Positions 11,132 through 21,761 of a stretch of 64,000 bases of DNA are shown one piece after another. The DNA comes from Desulfomonilia bacterium (GTDB taxonomy: Bacteria > Desulfobacterota > Desulfomonilia > UBA1062), in assembly GCA_050014195.1 (NCBI GenBank), contig JBEKDT010000012.1:64001-128000 (forward strand), in the 5' to 3' direction. The translations under genes and the position numbers were made by a program. The notes under the pieces were generated by a model. It saw only the letters and a program-made list of their open reading frames with translations, searched no databases and had not been told where the DNA came from. Within the stretch, counting starts at the first letter, position 1. Each line of letters starts with the position of its first letter.

Positions 11132-11446
11132 CTATTTCACGATCAGATTATTCTTTATGGATTTAACCCCTTTGACGCCCCTTACGATTTCATCCGCTTT
11201 ATCGACGGCCTTTTGAGAATTAACAAAGCCGCTCAGTTGAACGGTGCCCTGGTAAGTTTCGACACTGATCTGAAATGATTTGAGAAAATCATCTGCTGCA
11301 AGCAGAGATTTTATCTTGGTCGTGATGACCGAATCGTCAACGTATTCACCTGTGCTTTCATGTGTGCGTGTCGATGCACAGGCTGTAAAGGCGGCGATCA
11401 GCATAAGTAGCACTAAACAATTGATAACGATATTTCTCTTTTTCAT
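11132..11446 (-). CDS. BON-domain lipoprotein
   Basis: Lipobox FTAC; STGEYVDDSVITTKIK, VQLSGFV. Confidence 0.92.
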   Translation of the reverse strand: MKKRNIVINCLVLLMLIAAFTACASTRTHESTGEYVDDSVITTKIKSLLAADDFLKSFQISVETYQGTVQLSGFVNSQKAVDKADEIVRGVKGVKSIKNNLIVK

Positions 11447-11553
11447 AGCGATTACTCCTCTTTGTAAATTTAGTTGTGAAATGGTTCACTACGAGACCCT
11501 TTCTCCTGACATTCACTTTTTTTAAAATACCTCCTATATCCTTTTCTGATGTT

Positions 11554-11778
11554 TTATTTTTTGGATTCACGACCAATGAAGACCAACACAATTCCGCCCG
11601 CAAGCGCAACGCCGCCCAGAATGGGTGACAACGGAATGGTCTTTTCCGTCTCTTGGGTAGCTTGGATGGGGCCAATATCAATGATCTTCTCACGGCTTGT
11701 GTATGTTATGCCCTTGTAGGCAAAAGCCACTACCCCGAAAGCGATTAAAACAATACCTATAATCATTACCGGTTTCAT
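11554..11778 (-). CDS. Small membrane protein (DUF3185-like)
   Basis: GITYTSREKIIDIGPIQAT..TIPLSPILGG pattern. Confidence 0.8.
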   Translation of the reverse strand: MKPVMIIGIVLIAFGVVAFAYKGITYTSREKIIDIGPIQATQETEKTIPLSPILGGVALAGGIVLVFIGRESKK

Positions 11779-11821
11779 AAGAATTGAGCTCCTTTATGAG
11801 CAGAGTTACGAGTCCAAATTG

Positions 11822-11971
11822 CTAAAAGGGTCTTCGTCCCTGAATGACCCTTATCAGTACTACAATGATGGCGATGACCAGCAGGATATGAATGAACCCA
11901 CCCATCGTATAGCCGGAGATAAATCCCAGAAGCCACAGAATTAAGAGAATCACACATATGGTCCAAAGCAT
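11822..11971 (-). CDS. lmo0937-family (DUF5670) small membrane protein, 49 aa (not in ORF track)
   Basis: Hand translation MLWTICVILLILWLLGFISGYTMGGFIHILLVIAIIVVLIRVIQGRRPF; RBS AAGGAG. Confidence 0.88.
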   Translation of the reverse strand: MLWTICVILLILWLLGFISGYTMGGFIHILLVIAIIVVLIRVIQGRRPF

Positions 11972-12015
11972 GTTCGACTCCTTTCTGAGTACAGAATACG
12001 TCCATCGAAGTTTAA

Positions 12016-12321
12016 TTAAATCTCCTCCATCCCCGCCGGATGGAAAACGTTGTAGAACGTCCTTTTATAGGGCTCTTTGAGAAGGTTCATCGCCCCCCGG
12101 AGCACCCTAAAATGCTCCGACTTCAGGTGGGTCATGAGATTCTCTTGGGTATCCCATTCTTCAAGGAGAAAGAGTCGATTTTCATCATCGATACTCTGGC
12201 AGAAGTCACAGCGCCGGCATCCCTTCTCCATCCTTGTGGAACGGGTCAGTGAAGTGATCGCCTGTGACAACTCCATGCGCTTCTCAGAAAGGACCTTCAT
12301 TCGTATGATTACCATGATCAT
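12016..12321 (-). CDS. Antibiotic biosynthesis monooxygenase (ABM) domain protein
   Basis: RMEKGC..C.F..LLEEW..HLKSEHF; start MIMVIIRMK directly after a sigma54 promoter. Confidence 0.88.
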   Translation of the reverse strand: MIMVIIRMKVLSEKRMELSQAITSLTRSTRMEKGCRRCDFCQSIDDENRLFLLEEWDTQENLMTHLKSEHFRVLRGAMNLLKEPYKRTFYNVFHPAGMEEI

Positions 12322-12332
12322 ATAAATGTAAG

Positions 12333-12480
12333 AGCAAATGGCCTGCCAATAGCTCAAGGAAGATTAGAAGTTTGGATTCATATATTATTAAAAGGGGTTA
12401 GATGAATAGAAGAAATAAGCAGAAAAGTATGAAATGATTTGTTTAGCCTCAAGATATGGTGGAACCTCAACATTTTGAGG
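12333..12480 (-). promoter_or_regulatory. sigma54 promoter + tandem enhancer, copy 2
   Basis: TGGCAGGCCATTTGCT 12348-12333; CCTCAACATTTTGAGG 12465-12480; CCTCAAGATATGGTGG 12447-12462. Confidence 0.85.
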
Positions 12481-12831
12481 GATACTTTAATGGGAAGTGG
12501 ACAGCCTAAGCCAAGGCATCCTGCCAATGCCGAATACACCTTTGCCCAATGAAACCAGCCGTCCTTGCTGATGCCTTCTCCAGCAGTTCTCGGTCATACA
12601 GCGAATGTAAGAACAAGAAGGCAGTACGAGAAAAATCAAAAGAGAATACCATTAGTTATGAATCCCCCTTTATCAGAGGAAGGCACTGGTTCTCCCAGGT
12701 TCCTGACGCATCCCTGGGACAACCTGCCTTGGACTATGACCCCGGTTGAGTGCACGCCATCACGCCTGTAACAATGGCTTTGTTGCTGCCTCTAGCGTTT
12801 TAATAATTTGGGCTCGCTCCTCAACCCCAGC

Positions 12832-13746
12832 CTACTGCATGGGTGTGGGTGCTTCGCGTTCGATGATGATCTCGACGCGGCGGTTATTTGCGCGACCTTC
12901 GGGGCTGGCGTTATCAGCGATTGGGTGTCCCTTGCCAAGCCCATGGGACTTGATGCGATCGGCTGGGTAACCTCGCTGTACGAGATAGTTGCGAACTTCG
13001 TCCGCCCGACGTTGCGACAGGTCGAGGTTGTAGCTCTCCGAGCCCTGTGAGTCTGTGTGTCCTTCGATGATGAGGTTGCGCTCACGGGTTGTGAGCAGTA
13101 CGTCGCTTACCTGGTCGAGTCGCGACCGCGCCTCGGGCAACAATATTGCCTTGTCGGATGCGAAAAGAACACTCCCGGAGAGTGTGATGACTATTCCGCG
13201 GGGCTCTTCCTTGACTGCGGCCAGCTTGGCCAGCGCCGCCTCCGCATCAGCCGCTCGTTGCTCGGCATCGGTCCGCGCCTTTTGTTCAGTGGAAAGCTGC
13301 TCTGCCGTTTTTTCGCCGCTGATCTCCGACGCCGCAAGCGCCTTCTGTGTATCGCTCAAGTCTTGCTTCGTCTTCGTAACAATCTTGCCCTGCGTCGTTT
13401 GATAATCTTTACTCGATTGAGTTTGGCTCTTTTTCTCGATAGCGATGGAGGCAGTAGCTTCAGCTAACTCTGCCTTGCGCTGGGCGACGTAGGCGAGGTC
13501 TCGCGTATGATACGAGTCGGGATCCTTTAGGAAAGATTGTTCCGCCACGTCGAGGGCTTGTTTCGCCACATGCAACTCCGCCGGAGCGGCCTCGGCCGCA
13601 ATCCCAGTGCTTGCACGCTGGTATGCTTCACGGGCGTTGACGAGCTCATTCGGTACGGTGGCCGCACAGCCGGCGAAGAGCGTGACGACCGTGATGAGGA
13701 TCAATAATTGTATCATTTTCATAAAATGCTCCTTTCTTTGGGTCAT
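12832..13746 (-). CDS. DUF4398 + OmpA C-terminal-domain lipoprotein
   Basis: Lipobox FAGC; IEGHTDSQG..YNLDLSQRRA..NRRVEI. Confidence 0.92.
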   Translation of the reverse strand: MTQRKEHFMKMIQLLILITVVTLFAGCAATVPNELVNAREAYQRASTGIAAEAAPAELHVAKQALDVAEQSFLKDPDSYHTRDLAYVAQRKAELAEATASIAIEKKSQTQSSKDYQTTQGKIVTKTKQDLSDTQKALAASEISGEKTAEQLSTEQKARTDAEQRAADAEAALAKLAAVKEEPRGIVITLSGSVLFASDKAILLPEARSRLDQVSDVLLTTRERNLIIEGHTDSQGSESYNLDLSQRRADEVRNYLVQRGYPADRIKSHGLGKGHPIADNASPEGRANNRRVEIIIEREAPTPMQ

Positions 13747-14108
13747 GGGTTGTCTTGCCGGAGTTTACGCACACGCTCCAATGCTGCCTGGGCCTCCGAT
13801 TTTTGGGCATCCTCGCGGGAGAGAGCGACAGCCAGCTCGGCGTCGGCTTCGGACCGCAACAGCATAGACGCGGCCTCGTCCTTTTCGCCTTTTGCGGACA
13901 GCCCCTTGGCGAGTTCCAGTTCTTCCTTGGCCATTTGCAAATGAAGCGAGGCTTGCGGTACTCCTGCCGCCCCGACCTCCTCGGCAGCGCGGATACCCGA
14001 CGTAGACGCCTCTGTACGCAGCGGGGTGTTTGCGCATCCCATTGTGATTGCGGTGGCCACTATGGCCACTGCGAACATCATAATTCCGATCTTGAATACG
14101 TATCTCAT
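13743..14108 (-). CDS. DUF4398 lipoprotein
   Basis: Lipobox; IRAAEEVGA..L.MAKEEL..RSEADAELA; overlaps the ompA-like gene. Confidence 0.85.
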   Translation of the reverse strand: MRYVFKIGIMMFAVAIVATAITMGCANTPLRTEASTSGIRAAEEVGAAGVPQASLHLQMAKEELELAKGLSAKGEKDEAASMLLRSEADAELAVALSREDAQKSEAQAALERVRKLRQDNP

Positions 14109-14241
14109 TGAATTCTCCTTTAGCTACAGATCTTCACTCATCCGAACTCAGTTGTTACGGTTTGAGTCGATAGTGATGTCTTCAAAAAAATGCTTCTTTG
14201 TTAGCCGAATTCATAATGATTTTTCGTGCACTAAACTCACT

Positions 14242-14394
14242 TCAGATCCGGCCCATCAGCAGCAGGATGATCAAAATCAGAACAATCAATCCAAGTCCAC
14301 CACTGGGATAGTATCCCCAACTCTTACTGTGAGGCCAGGTAGGCAGTGCGCCGACTAAGATGAGAATCAAAATAACTAGTAGTATTGTACCCAT
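14242..14394 (-). CDS. DUF3309 small membrane protein
   Basis: GALPTWPHSKSWGYYPSGGLG. Confidence 0.9.
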   Translation of the reverse strand: MGTILLVILILILVGALPTWPHSKSWGYYPSGGLGLIVLILIILLLMGRI

Positions 14395-14535
14395 ATTTTT
14401 CTCCTCTCGTGTTACTTGTTCATACACGTTACCGGCAGACAAATTCCAACTCCGGCCAACAGAGAACCGGCAGTCTATCAGTTAATGATAAGAACTCGCT
14501 TTTGGGTGAGATGACCAGGATCATACAAATGTAAG

Positions 14536-14684
14536 AGCAAATGGCTTGCCAATAGCCGATGGAAAATCATAAGTTTCGAATCATCTTTTAACAACAGCCG
14601 GTTAGATGAATAGGAGGGAACAGCAGAAAAGAATGAAATGATTCGTTTGGCCTCACTATTTGGTGGAACCTCAATATATTGAGG
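14536..14684 (-). promoter_or_regulatory. sigma54 promoter + tandem enhancer, copy 3 (just downstream of the activator gene)
   Basis: TGGCAAGCCATTTGCT 14551-14536; perfect palindrome CCTCAATATATTGAGG 14669-14684. Confidence 0.85.
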
Positions 14685-14709
14685 GATATTTTGAAGGGAA
14701 ATGGACAGT

Positions 14710-16689
14710 CTAATCCGCTTCTTTTGTCTCCGACCGGACTATGCCGAGCTTATGCATCCTCGCTCTTAAGGTACTCGGGTGGATGCCCAAGATCGCTGCG
14801 GCCCCGTCCTTTCCCTCGATGCGCCATCGGGCTTCAGAAAGGATTTTGAGAATTTGGTTTCGCTCCGTCTCTTCCAATGTCCTCACGACGGATGAAAGTT
14901 GGGGGGATGAAATCTCCAGTTTATCTGCCAGTTGTAAAACCGACCCGGGGCATAAGATCACGGCCCGTTCAATGATGCTTTCAAGCTCCCGGACGTTCCC
15001 AGGCCACGGGTAATCCTGCAGCGCCTTCATCGTCTCCTTGTGAATCGACATAATCTGTTTGCCCAATTTCCTGGAATACCTTTCTATGAAGGCCTGGACC
15101 ATCATAGGGATGTCATCTTTGCGCTGCCGTAGTGGTGGGACAGTGATGGGGAAGACGTTGAGCCGATAGTAAAGGTCCTGCCGAAACCGGCCCTTGCGGA
15201 CCTCTTCCTCAAGGTCTCGATTGGTCGTCGCAACGATCCGTACATCGACTTTCATGGTATGGGACGAGCCCAGGCGCTCAAACTCGTTATGCTGAATCAC
15301 CCGGAGTAGCTTTGCCTGCACCTCCAGCGGTAGCTCCCCGATCTCGTCCAGGCAAAGGGTGGAACCATGGGCGACCTCGAACCGACCGACCTGCCGGGTA
15401 TCGGCCCCGGTAAATGCCCCCTTCTCCCGGCCGAACAATTCGCTCTCAATTAAATTGCCCGGCAGGGCAGCACAGTTGACCGTAATCAAGAGCCGTTCCT
15501 TACGGGGACTCATGTCATGGATGGCGAAAGCGATCAGCTCCTTCCCCGTACCGGTCTCACCAAGGATGAGGACCGTTGTGTTCGTGGGCGCAACTTGTTC
15601 CGCTCGATAGAGAACATACTTGAGACCATCACTTTGCCCGAGAATATGCTCAAATCGATGTTTCATTTTGTTCTCGTGACGGAAGTAAATATTCTCGGCC
15701 TCCAGTTGGTCTTTCATTGTTTTGATTTCAGAAAGAGCCGTCCGAAGTTCGACAGCTTGTCGTTCCAGTTCGTTGTGAGATTTTTTTAAAGCCTCTGCTA
15801 TAAGTTTCCGTTCAGTGGTGTCGCGGATGTTACACTGAATCACTTTATAATTATTAACAAGATAGACATTACTGACAAATTCCACGGCAATTGGCCGTCC
15901 CTCTTTCGTCTCCAATGGTAAATCATGGTAGCGAACATATCCCTTGCTCTTCAATTCCGAAGAGGTGGCTTTCGATGCTTCAATATCTCTAAAGGTGCCA
16001 ATTTCCCAGAGTTTCTTCCCTAAGAGCTCCTCATGTGAATAACCCAACATTTCTAACAAGAATGGGTTAACATCCACTATTTGTCCTGTCTCGGCATCGA
16101 GGATTAATATTCCATCTTGGGATGCTTCAAAGAGACGGCGGTAGCGAGTTTCAGAAATCTTTAGCGCCTCCTCCATCTTCTTGCGCTCGGTGATGTCCAC
16201 CATTACGGCGCACACCGCACCGAGCATATCCGTGCGCTGAAGGGGACTTACGGAAAATAAGACAGGTACAGAATTTCCACCTCCGCCCTGTAAGGCCAGT
16301 TCCCCTTCACTGTTCCCCTTTAAACCCCGCTCAACCAATGCCTCAAATAATTGAAGGTCTGTTGATGAAATGTATTGGTAGATTGAAGATCCTATTACTT
16401 TTTCCAGAGACCCTTTGACGATATCTGCAAAACGTTGGTTACAGTAAAGGATCGTACCGTCGGAGGCCAGGGTGATGGCCCCTTCGTTCATGGTTTCGAC
16501 CATGACCCTGTAAGGATGCTCGGCACCCGATAGGGTAAATACCCGATCTCCTTCCGCCGTTGAGACAACCAGACCATCCACCCCACCGCCTCGGATAGCG
16601 CGCAGAGTTTCCTCAGCTTCCATCATCCGCGATGTGAGTTCCTGCAACTCATCCAGAAGTTGCTGGCGTGTTCTATCCGATTTGTTCAT
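14710..16689 (-). CDS. PAS-PAS sigma54-dependent enhancer-binding protein (FhlA-like AAA+, Fis HTH)
   Basis: [44 protein letters not shown]-terminal HTH; no receiver domain. Confidence 0.95.
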   Translation of the reverse strand: MNKSDRTRQQLLDELQELTSRMMEAEETLRAIRGGGVDGLVVSTAEGDRVFTLSGAEHPYRVMVETMNEGAITLASDGTILYCNQRFADIVKGSLEKVIGSSIYQYISSTDLQLFEALVERGLKGNSEGELALQGGGGNSVPVLFSVSPLQRTDMLGAVCAVMVDITERKKMEEALKISETRYRRLFEASQDGILILDAETGQIVDVNPFLLEMLGYSHEELLGKKLWEIGTFRDIEASKATSSELKSKGYVRYHDLPLETKEGRPIAVEFVSNVYLVNNYKVIQCNIRDTTERKLIAEALKKSHNELERQAVELRTALSEIKTMKDQLEAENIYFRHENKMKHRFEHILGQSDGLKYVLYRAEQVAPTNTTVLILGETGTGKELIAFAIHDMSPRKERLLITVNCAALPGNLIESELFGREKGAFTGADTRQVGRFEVAHGSTLCLDEIGELPLEVQAKLLRVIQHNEFERLGSSHTMKVDVRIVATTNRDLEEEVRKGRFRQDLYYRLNVFPITVPPLRQRKDDIPMMVQAFIERYSRKLGKQIMSIHKETMKALQDYPWPGNVRELESIIERAVILCPGSVLQLADKLEISSPQLSSVVRTLEETERNQILKILSEARWRIEGKDGAAAILGIHPSTLRARMHKLGIVRSETKEAD

Positions 16690-16699
16690 TGATTCGCAC

Positions 16700-17044
16700 T
16701 CATGAAATTTTGGGTTTCAGATCGATGCCTACAAGAAACCTTTCCGTATCCGACATGTCGCCGATGAGCTTCCGGAGTGGCAGAGGGAGTTTCTTGATGA
16801 GCGTTGGGGTGGCAATAATCTGCTCTCCCTTGGCCAGCTTGGGCTGCTGGTAGATGTCTATCACCTCGAGTTCGTAGTAGCCTTTCAGGTATTTTTTACA
16901 GAGTGTCTGGACATTGGCGATTGCCTGGGTTGACTTTGGGGTCATCCCTGTAACATACAGCCGAAGAACGTACTTTGCCCGGGCCCGCTTCGCTGTCGCT
17001 TTCTCGAATTCCTCAGTGCTCGTTTTCACTCTTTTCCTCTCCAT
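16700..17044 (-). CDS. kaiB: KaiB family protein
   Basis: [36 protein letters not shown]. Confidence 0.93.
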   Translation of the reverse strand: MERKRVKTSTEEFEKATAKRARAKYVLRLYVTGMTPKSTQAIANVQTLCKKYLKGYYELEVIDIYQQPKLAKGEQIIATPTLIKKLPLPLRKLIGDMSDTERFLVGIDLKPKIS

Positions 17045-17069
17045 GTCTGTTACTCCAAAATTGATTTTA

Positions 17070-17402
17070 TCATCCGGAGACAGAACGAATGTCGAGTCCC
17101 ACCAGCACGCGCTCTGTGTTAGCCAGATCTCCGATAATCTTTTTAAGCGGTTCAGGGAGCTTCCTTACCAGTGTCGGTATGGCAATAATCTGGTCCCCTT
17201 TAGCAAGATGGGGATTCTTTAAAAGATCGATCACTTCAATGCGATATTTCCCCGCGAGGTGCTCTTCACAGATCTTCTTTAAATTGGCAAAGGCCGTAAT
17301 CGATTTCTGGGTCTGACCGGCTACATATAACCGGAGGTTCCAGATACTTTCCGTCGAATCGGTCTTTGCCTTCTTCCCCTTTCCTGGTGAGACAGCTTTC
17401 AC
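17070..17402 (-). CDS. kaiB: KaiB family protein
   Basis: [31 protein letters not shown]. Confidence 0.93.
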   Translation of the reverse strand: MKAVSPGKGKKAKTDSTESIWNLRLYVAGQTQKSITAFANLKKICEEHLAGKYRIEVIDLLKNPHLAKGDQIIAIPTLVRKLPEPLKKIIGDLANTERVLVGLDIRSVSG

Positions 17403-19153
17403 CTTACTCTCCTTTCCCTCTTCTTTTTCGCGCGCAACACCTGCGGAGCAGAAGGTTTTCCCTTGCGAAGATGCGCCATTTCTAAACGGTCTTTGGCCAG
17501 AACAGCTTGTCTTTTCTGCTCTTCTTCCGCCATCAAATGCACCTCTTCAGTTTCCACATCGAACTCGGCACGCAGCGCTGCGATCTTTGCTTCCAGGGCC
17601 TTCCTCTTGCGCTCCTGCTCGCGGAGCCTGCGATCGGCCTCAAGATGGCATGCCAGCGAAGAGGCCTTTTCCCCGGCTTTCTGGACTGCACGGGCACTGC
17701 CGGTTAATACCTCGCCGGAACCGGTATAGATGTCGATGAGGTCAATGCCCTGGTTCGTGAGCAGGAACTCTTGAATCTGGTTGGAGTGGGCCATGCCGCG
17801 GGACTTCAAGATGTAGAGGCCCCGGTTGCGTTCCCCATTGAGTTCGATATCCCTCAGGAGAAGCCACGTATCGATCAGAGAAGATATCTCTTCGCTTGTG
17901 TGTTCAAGGCTGCCTCCAAAATGAGTGAGGTCCGTAAGGAAAGTGGAGATCTTTTTCATCTTTAAATGGTCGATCAGGCGCGTTAATATGGATTTGACCT
18001 CTGATTCTGTTCCCGCGGCGCTCAGGTTGCTGATCGGGTCTACAATGAAAACCTGGGGATTGAACTCATCGATCACCTTGTGGAAGGTGACAAGATGCAT
18101 CTCAAGGCCGTAAAGCGAAGGCCGGGCCGAATGAAACTTGAGAAGCCCCCTCTTCACCCACCGGGCGAGATCCATGCCGATGGAGCCCATGTTCCGGATG
18201 ATCTGGCTGGGCGATTCCTCGAAGGCAAAATACAGGCAGCGCTCACCTCGCCGGCAGGCGGCGTCGGCAAAGGTACCCGACATACTTGTTTTGCCTGTGC
18301 CCGCCGTACCGGAGACGAGGATGGTGCTGCCCCGGTAGAATCCCTTTCCATCGAGCATTGCATCCAACTTGGGGACGCCCGTGGAGATGCGCTCCGTGGA
18401 AACGGGGTAGTCGAGCCCCAGGGAAGTTATCGGCAGGAGAGAGAGGCCGCTCTCGTCTATCAGGAAGGGATACTCGTCGGCGCCGTGAGATGAGCCTCGG
18501 TACTTGACAATACGCAGACGGCGGGTGGAAATTTGCTCCTCGATGCGGAAATCGAGAAGGATCACGCAATCGGCCACGTATTCTTCGAGCCCGTAGCGTG
18601 TCAGGGTCTTGTCGCCGCTTTCCCCCGTAACGATGGCCGTCACACCGCGGTCTTTCAACCAGTGAAAAAGCCGGCGAAGCTCTGCCCGGAGAATAGCGGT
18701 ATCAGACAGTCCGGAGAAAAGTGCTTCTATGGTATCTAAGACAACCCGCTTGGCCCCGATGGAATCAATGGCATTCCCCAGGCGGATGAACAATCCTTCC
18801 AGGTCGTACTCACCCGTCTCCTCAATCTCGCTTCGATCGATGTAGACGTGGTCCATTGCGATGAGACCACGCGACATCATGTCGTGGAGATCAAAACCTA
18901 GCGAGATGAAGTTCTTCGCGAGATCCTCCGGCGTCTCCTCGAAGATCATGAAGACCCCTGGTTCTCCATGATCCAGGGCGCCCCGCATGAGAAACTCCAT
19001 GGCGAAAAGTGTTTTGCCGCAACCCGCACTGCCGCAGATCAGGGTTGGCCTGCCTCGCGGAAGCCCTCCCTTCGTGATCTCATCGAGACCCTTAATGCCC
19101 GTCGGGCATTTTTCAAGAACATCAACATCATGTTTTGCCTTAACCATTATCAT
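17399..19153 (-). CDS. kaiC: KaiC (double RecA-like ATPase) with C-terminal coiled coil
   Basis: Walker A GSAGCGKT and [10 protein letters not shown] motifs, KYRGS / KSRGMAHS. Confidence 0.95.
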   Translation of the reverse strand: MIMVKAKHDVDVLEKCPTGIKGLDEITKGGLPRGRPTLICGSAGCGKTLFAMEFLMRGALDHGEPGVFMIFEETPEDLAKNFISLGFDLHDMMSRGLIAMDHVYIDRSEIEETGEYDLEGLFIRLGNAIDSIGAKRVVLDTIEALFSGLSDTAILRAELRRLFHWLKDRGVTAIVTGESGDKTLTRYGLEEYVADCVILLDFRIEEQISTRRLRIVKYRGSSHGADEYPFLIDESGLSLLPITSLGLDYPVSTERISTGVPKLDAMLDGKGFYRGSTILVSGTAGTGKTSMSGTFADAACRRGERCLYFAFEESPSQIIRNMGSIGMDLARWVKRGLLKFHSARPSLYGLEMHLVTFHKVIDEFNPQVFIVDPISNLSAAGTESEVKSILTRLIDHLKMKKISTFLTDLTHFGGSLEHTSEEISSLIDTWLLLRDIELNGERNRGLYILKSRGMAHSNQIQEFLLTNQGIDLIDIYTGSGEVLTGSARAVQKAGEKASSLACHLEADRRLREQERKRKALEAKIAALRAEFDVETEEVHLMAEEEQKRQAVLAKDRLEMAHLRKGKPSAPQVLRAKKKRERRVR

Positions 19154-19401
19154 CTCCCAGGATCTTGACTAATCAGAAGCAAAAACTACAAAAGTAAAAT
19201 ACTATTAAAGCCAGTCAGTCAAATTAGATACCAATAAAAACGCATTAAATCATAATAATAAACACCCCCCTGCCTTTCAAGGGGGGAAGGTGAAGTGGAT
19301 GATGTCATTATATTATTGCGCTTGAAGTAAGTCATTAAAAATCCATATGATGCTCCTATGATGTAAAAGCTCAAAAAATGCAAAACTGAGGAATAACAAC
19401 C

Positions 19402-19965
19402 ATGGGTATCGAGACATACATCACCCAATACGGATATATAATTATTCTGCTGGGCACCTTCTTTGAAGGTGAGACCGTGCTGGTATTGGCTGGATTCTTG
19501 GCCCACAGTGGTTACCTCGCATTTTCTCTTGTTGTTCTGTTTGGATTCGCAGGTACGTTTGCCGGTGACCAGCTCTATTTTTTCATAGGCAGGAAAAAGG
19601 GAATGGCCTATCTCGATGATCACCAGTCCTTGAAGGCAAAATCTGGCCGTGCCCTTGAACTGATGCATAGGCACAAGACCCTGATAATCATTGCCTTCAG
19701 ATTCATCTACGGTATCCGTACCGTTACTCCATTCCTCATCGGCGCAGGCGGCATTTCCCCATGGAGATTTTTGTTGTTCAATTCTTTGGGCGGATTAACT
19801 TGGGCCTTGGCAATAACCAGCTTGGGCTATGTGTTTGGACATGCAGCCGAGCTTCTTCTTCATGACATAAAACGGTATGAATTCATTATAATGGGAGCCA
19901 TCATACTGGCAGGCCTGGTGATCTGGATGCTTTATTTCATTGCAGGAAAAAGGGGAAAGAGTTGA
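19402..19965 (+). CDS. DedA family membrane protein
   Basis: GTFFEGETVL, GDQLYFFIGR, RFIYGIR. Confidence 0.93.
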   Translation: MGIETYITQYGYIIILLGTFFEGETVLVLAGFLAHSGYLAFSLVVLFGFAGTFAGDQLYFFIGRKKGMAYLDDHQSLKAKSGRALELMHRHKTLIIIAFRFIYGIRTVTPFLIGAGGISPWRFLLFNSLGGLTWALAITSLGYVFGHAAELLLHDIKRYEFIIMGAIILAGLVIWMLYFIAGKRGKS

Positions 19966-20164
19966 ACAGAGACGATTTTCTCATACCGTTGATTCCTGTT
20001 TAACTGATAATCCTTGAATACCTGGGCATTTAAACTGTATAAGTCAGTAGGCGTCGATTCTGGAAAGCAGTTCGGTTGACAATGGTTTATCCGTTGCATT
20101 CTTCTTGTTCATCTTCATGATCTCTTTACTTTCCAGATGGATTTGCCCACACATGAGTCCCGGA

Positions 20165-21628
20165 CTACAAGTACGGCGTCAGCAATCGCGCAATGCCATC
20201 GCGCAGGCGAGCGGGCAGTGAGCGGCCATCGACCTCCTCCAACGTCACAAGACGGGCGCCATTCCGTTTCGTCTCGACCCACTGATCAAGCCGCTGGGCA
20301 AGTTCAACGTCGTAACATTCTAAGTTGAATTCAAAGTTGAGGCGCAAACTTCGGGGATCCCAGTTGGCCGACCCCAGTAGCACCCAGCATCCATCCACCA
20401 GCATGAGTTTGGAGTGATCGAATGGAGGCGGAGTCAGCCATACCCGGCATCCATGCTGGAGCACTTGCCACCATATCGCCCGGGAGGCCCACAGGACGAA
20501 GGGCAGATTGATCCGTGCGGGCAAAATGATATCAACCTGTACACCCCGCATTGCTGCCAGATTCAGGGCGGAGATCACGGCAGGGTCGGGCAGAAAATAG
20601 GGAGTCATGATCCGAACGGAATGGCGGGCAATCGACAGCGCTCCCAACAGCGTCCAAAGAAGTTTTTCGAAATTCTCATCCGGGCCATCGGTTACGCCTC
20701 GCGCCAACACCTGCCCCGCGCTTTCGGTTTGTGGAAACCACAAATCACCACGCAAAGATTCGCCGGTTGTGAAAAGCCAATCATCGGTGAATACTTCTTG
20801 CAGTTGGGTCACCACAGGGCCCTTCACTCGGAAATGGATGTCCTGAACCGGGTTTTTCGGTTGGGCTTGAAGGCAGTGTCCCACTCGAATATTCATGCCG
20901 CCGGTAAACCCCACGCGCCCATCTACCACCAGGATCTTCCGGTGTGTGCGCATGTTGATCGACATCAGATGCCACAAAGCTAAAGGCGGGAGAAACCGTG
21001 CATGCTTCACCCCCTCCCGTTGCAGCGTGTGGAGAATGGTGGGCCAGGAATACCGGGCCCCCGTCGCGTCAATCAACACTCGCACTTCCACGCCCCGGCG
21101 CGCGGCCTCACCAAGCGCATGCGCAAAGACCATCCCGACTTCGTCCCGATCAAAGATATAGGTCACGAAAGAGACTGTCTGCCGTGCGTGCCCAATCGCC
21201 TCAAGCATGGCCGGATAGGCTTCATCTCCGTCCACCAACGGATCGATCCGATTGCCCGGCAGCAAGGGTCGCTCCACCACACCCCCCACTACCCGAGCCA
21301 GCATCTTGAGATACCCTCCGTGATCCGGCAGATGGCGCTGCAACTCTTCCGGCAGACATTCGGGTTGTGCGGCTTGTGCCCGGTACCGCTCCAGGTTTCT
21401 TCGCAACAGAGCGGCCTTATAGCGAATGCGATTCACTCCGAAGATGAAGTACATGACAGCCCCGATGAGGGGTACGAGCCAAACGAAGCCCACCCACGCG
21501 ATGGCGGAGCGCGAATCGCGCTTGTTGAGAACCACGTGTCCAGTCGCATACACAGAGAGAAGCAACCCGAGTCCGATGGCAGCGATGTGCCAGACGTCGT
21601 GCACCAGATTACCAACAGTCATTGTCAT
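20165..21628 (-). CDS. cls: Cardiolipin synthase (ClsA-like)
   Basis: Two HKD motifs (HRKILVVD, HSKLMLVD), N-terminal TMs, GSANWDPRS. Confidence 0.93.
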   Translation of the reverse strand: MTMTVGNLVHDVWHIAAIGLGLLLSVYATGHVVLNKRDSRSAIAWVGFVWLVPLIGAVMYFIFGVNRIRYKAALLRRNLERYRAQAAQPECLPEELQRHLPDHGGYLKMLARVVGGVVERPLLPGNRIDPLVDGDEAYPAMLEAIGHARQTVSFVTYIFDRDEVGMVFAHALGEAARRGVEVRVLIDATGARYSWPTILHTLQREGVKHARFLPPLALWHLMSINMRTHRKILVVDGRVGFTGGMNIRVGHCLQAQPKNPVQDIHFRVKGPVVTQLQEVFTDDWLFTTGESLRGDLWFPQTESAGQVLARGVTDGPDENFEKLLWTLLGALSIARHSVRIMTPYFLPDPAVISALNLAAMRGVQVDIILPARINLPFVLWASRAIWWQVLQHGCRVWLTPPPFDHSKLMLVDGCWVLLGSANWDPRSLRLNFEFNLECYDVELAQRLDQWVETKRNGARLVTLEEVDGRSLPARLRDGIARLLTPYL

Positions 21629-21717
21629 TGCGGTCTGTCCCTTAGGTTAGTCCTCTTCATGGCACATTTTCCCGGAAATCTCACGAAAGATCTATTCGAA
21701 AAGCAAGAATTTATTCC

Positions 21718-21746
21718 TTGACAACATACTTACTAGTTAGTAAAAT
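21718..21746 (+). promoter_or_regulatory. sigma70 promoter with overlapping palindromic operator (putative TetR site)
   Basis: TTGACA-17-TAAAAT; TTACTA-GT-TAGTAA at 21730-21743. Confidence 0.7.
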
Positions 21747-21761
21747 AAATGAGAGATTTAT

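Noticed and set aside
10915-11278. Plus-strand ORFs 10915-11166 and 11081-11278, and most short ORFs antisense to long genes across the window
   Set aside because: Shadow frames of well-supported genes or without recognisable features.
16700-19153. A true circadian clock
   Set aside because: No kaiA, sasA, cikA or rpaA here; oscillation cannot be inferred from sequence.
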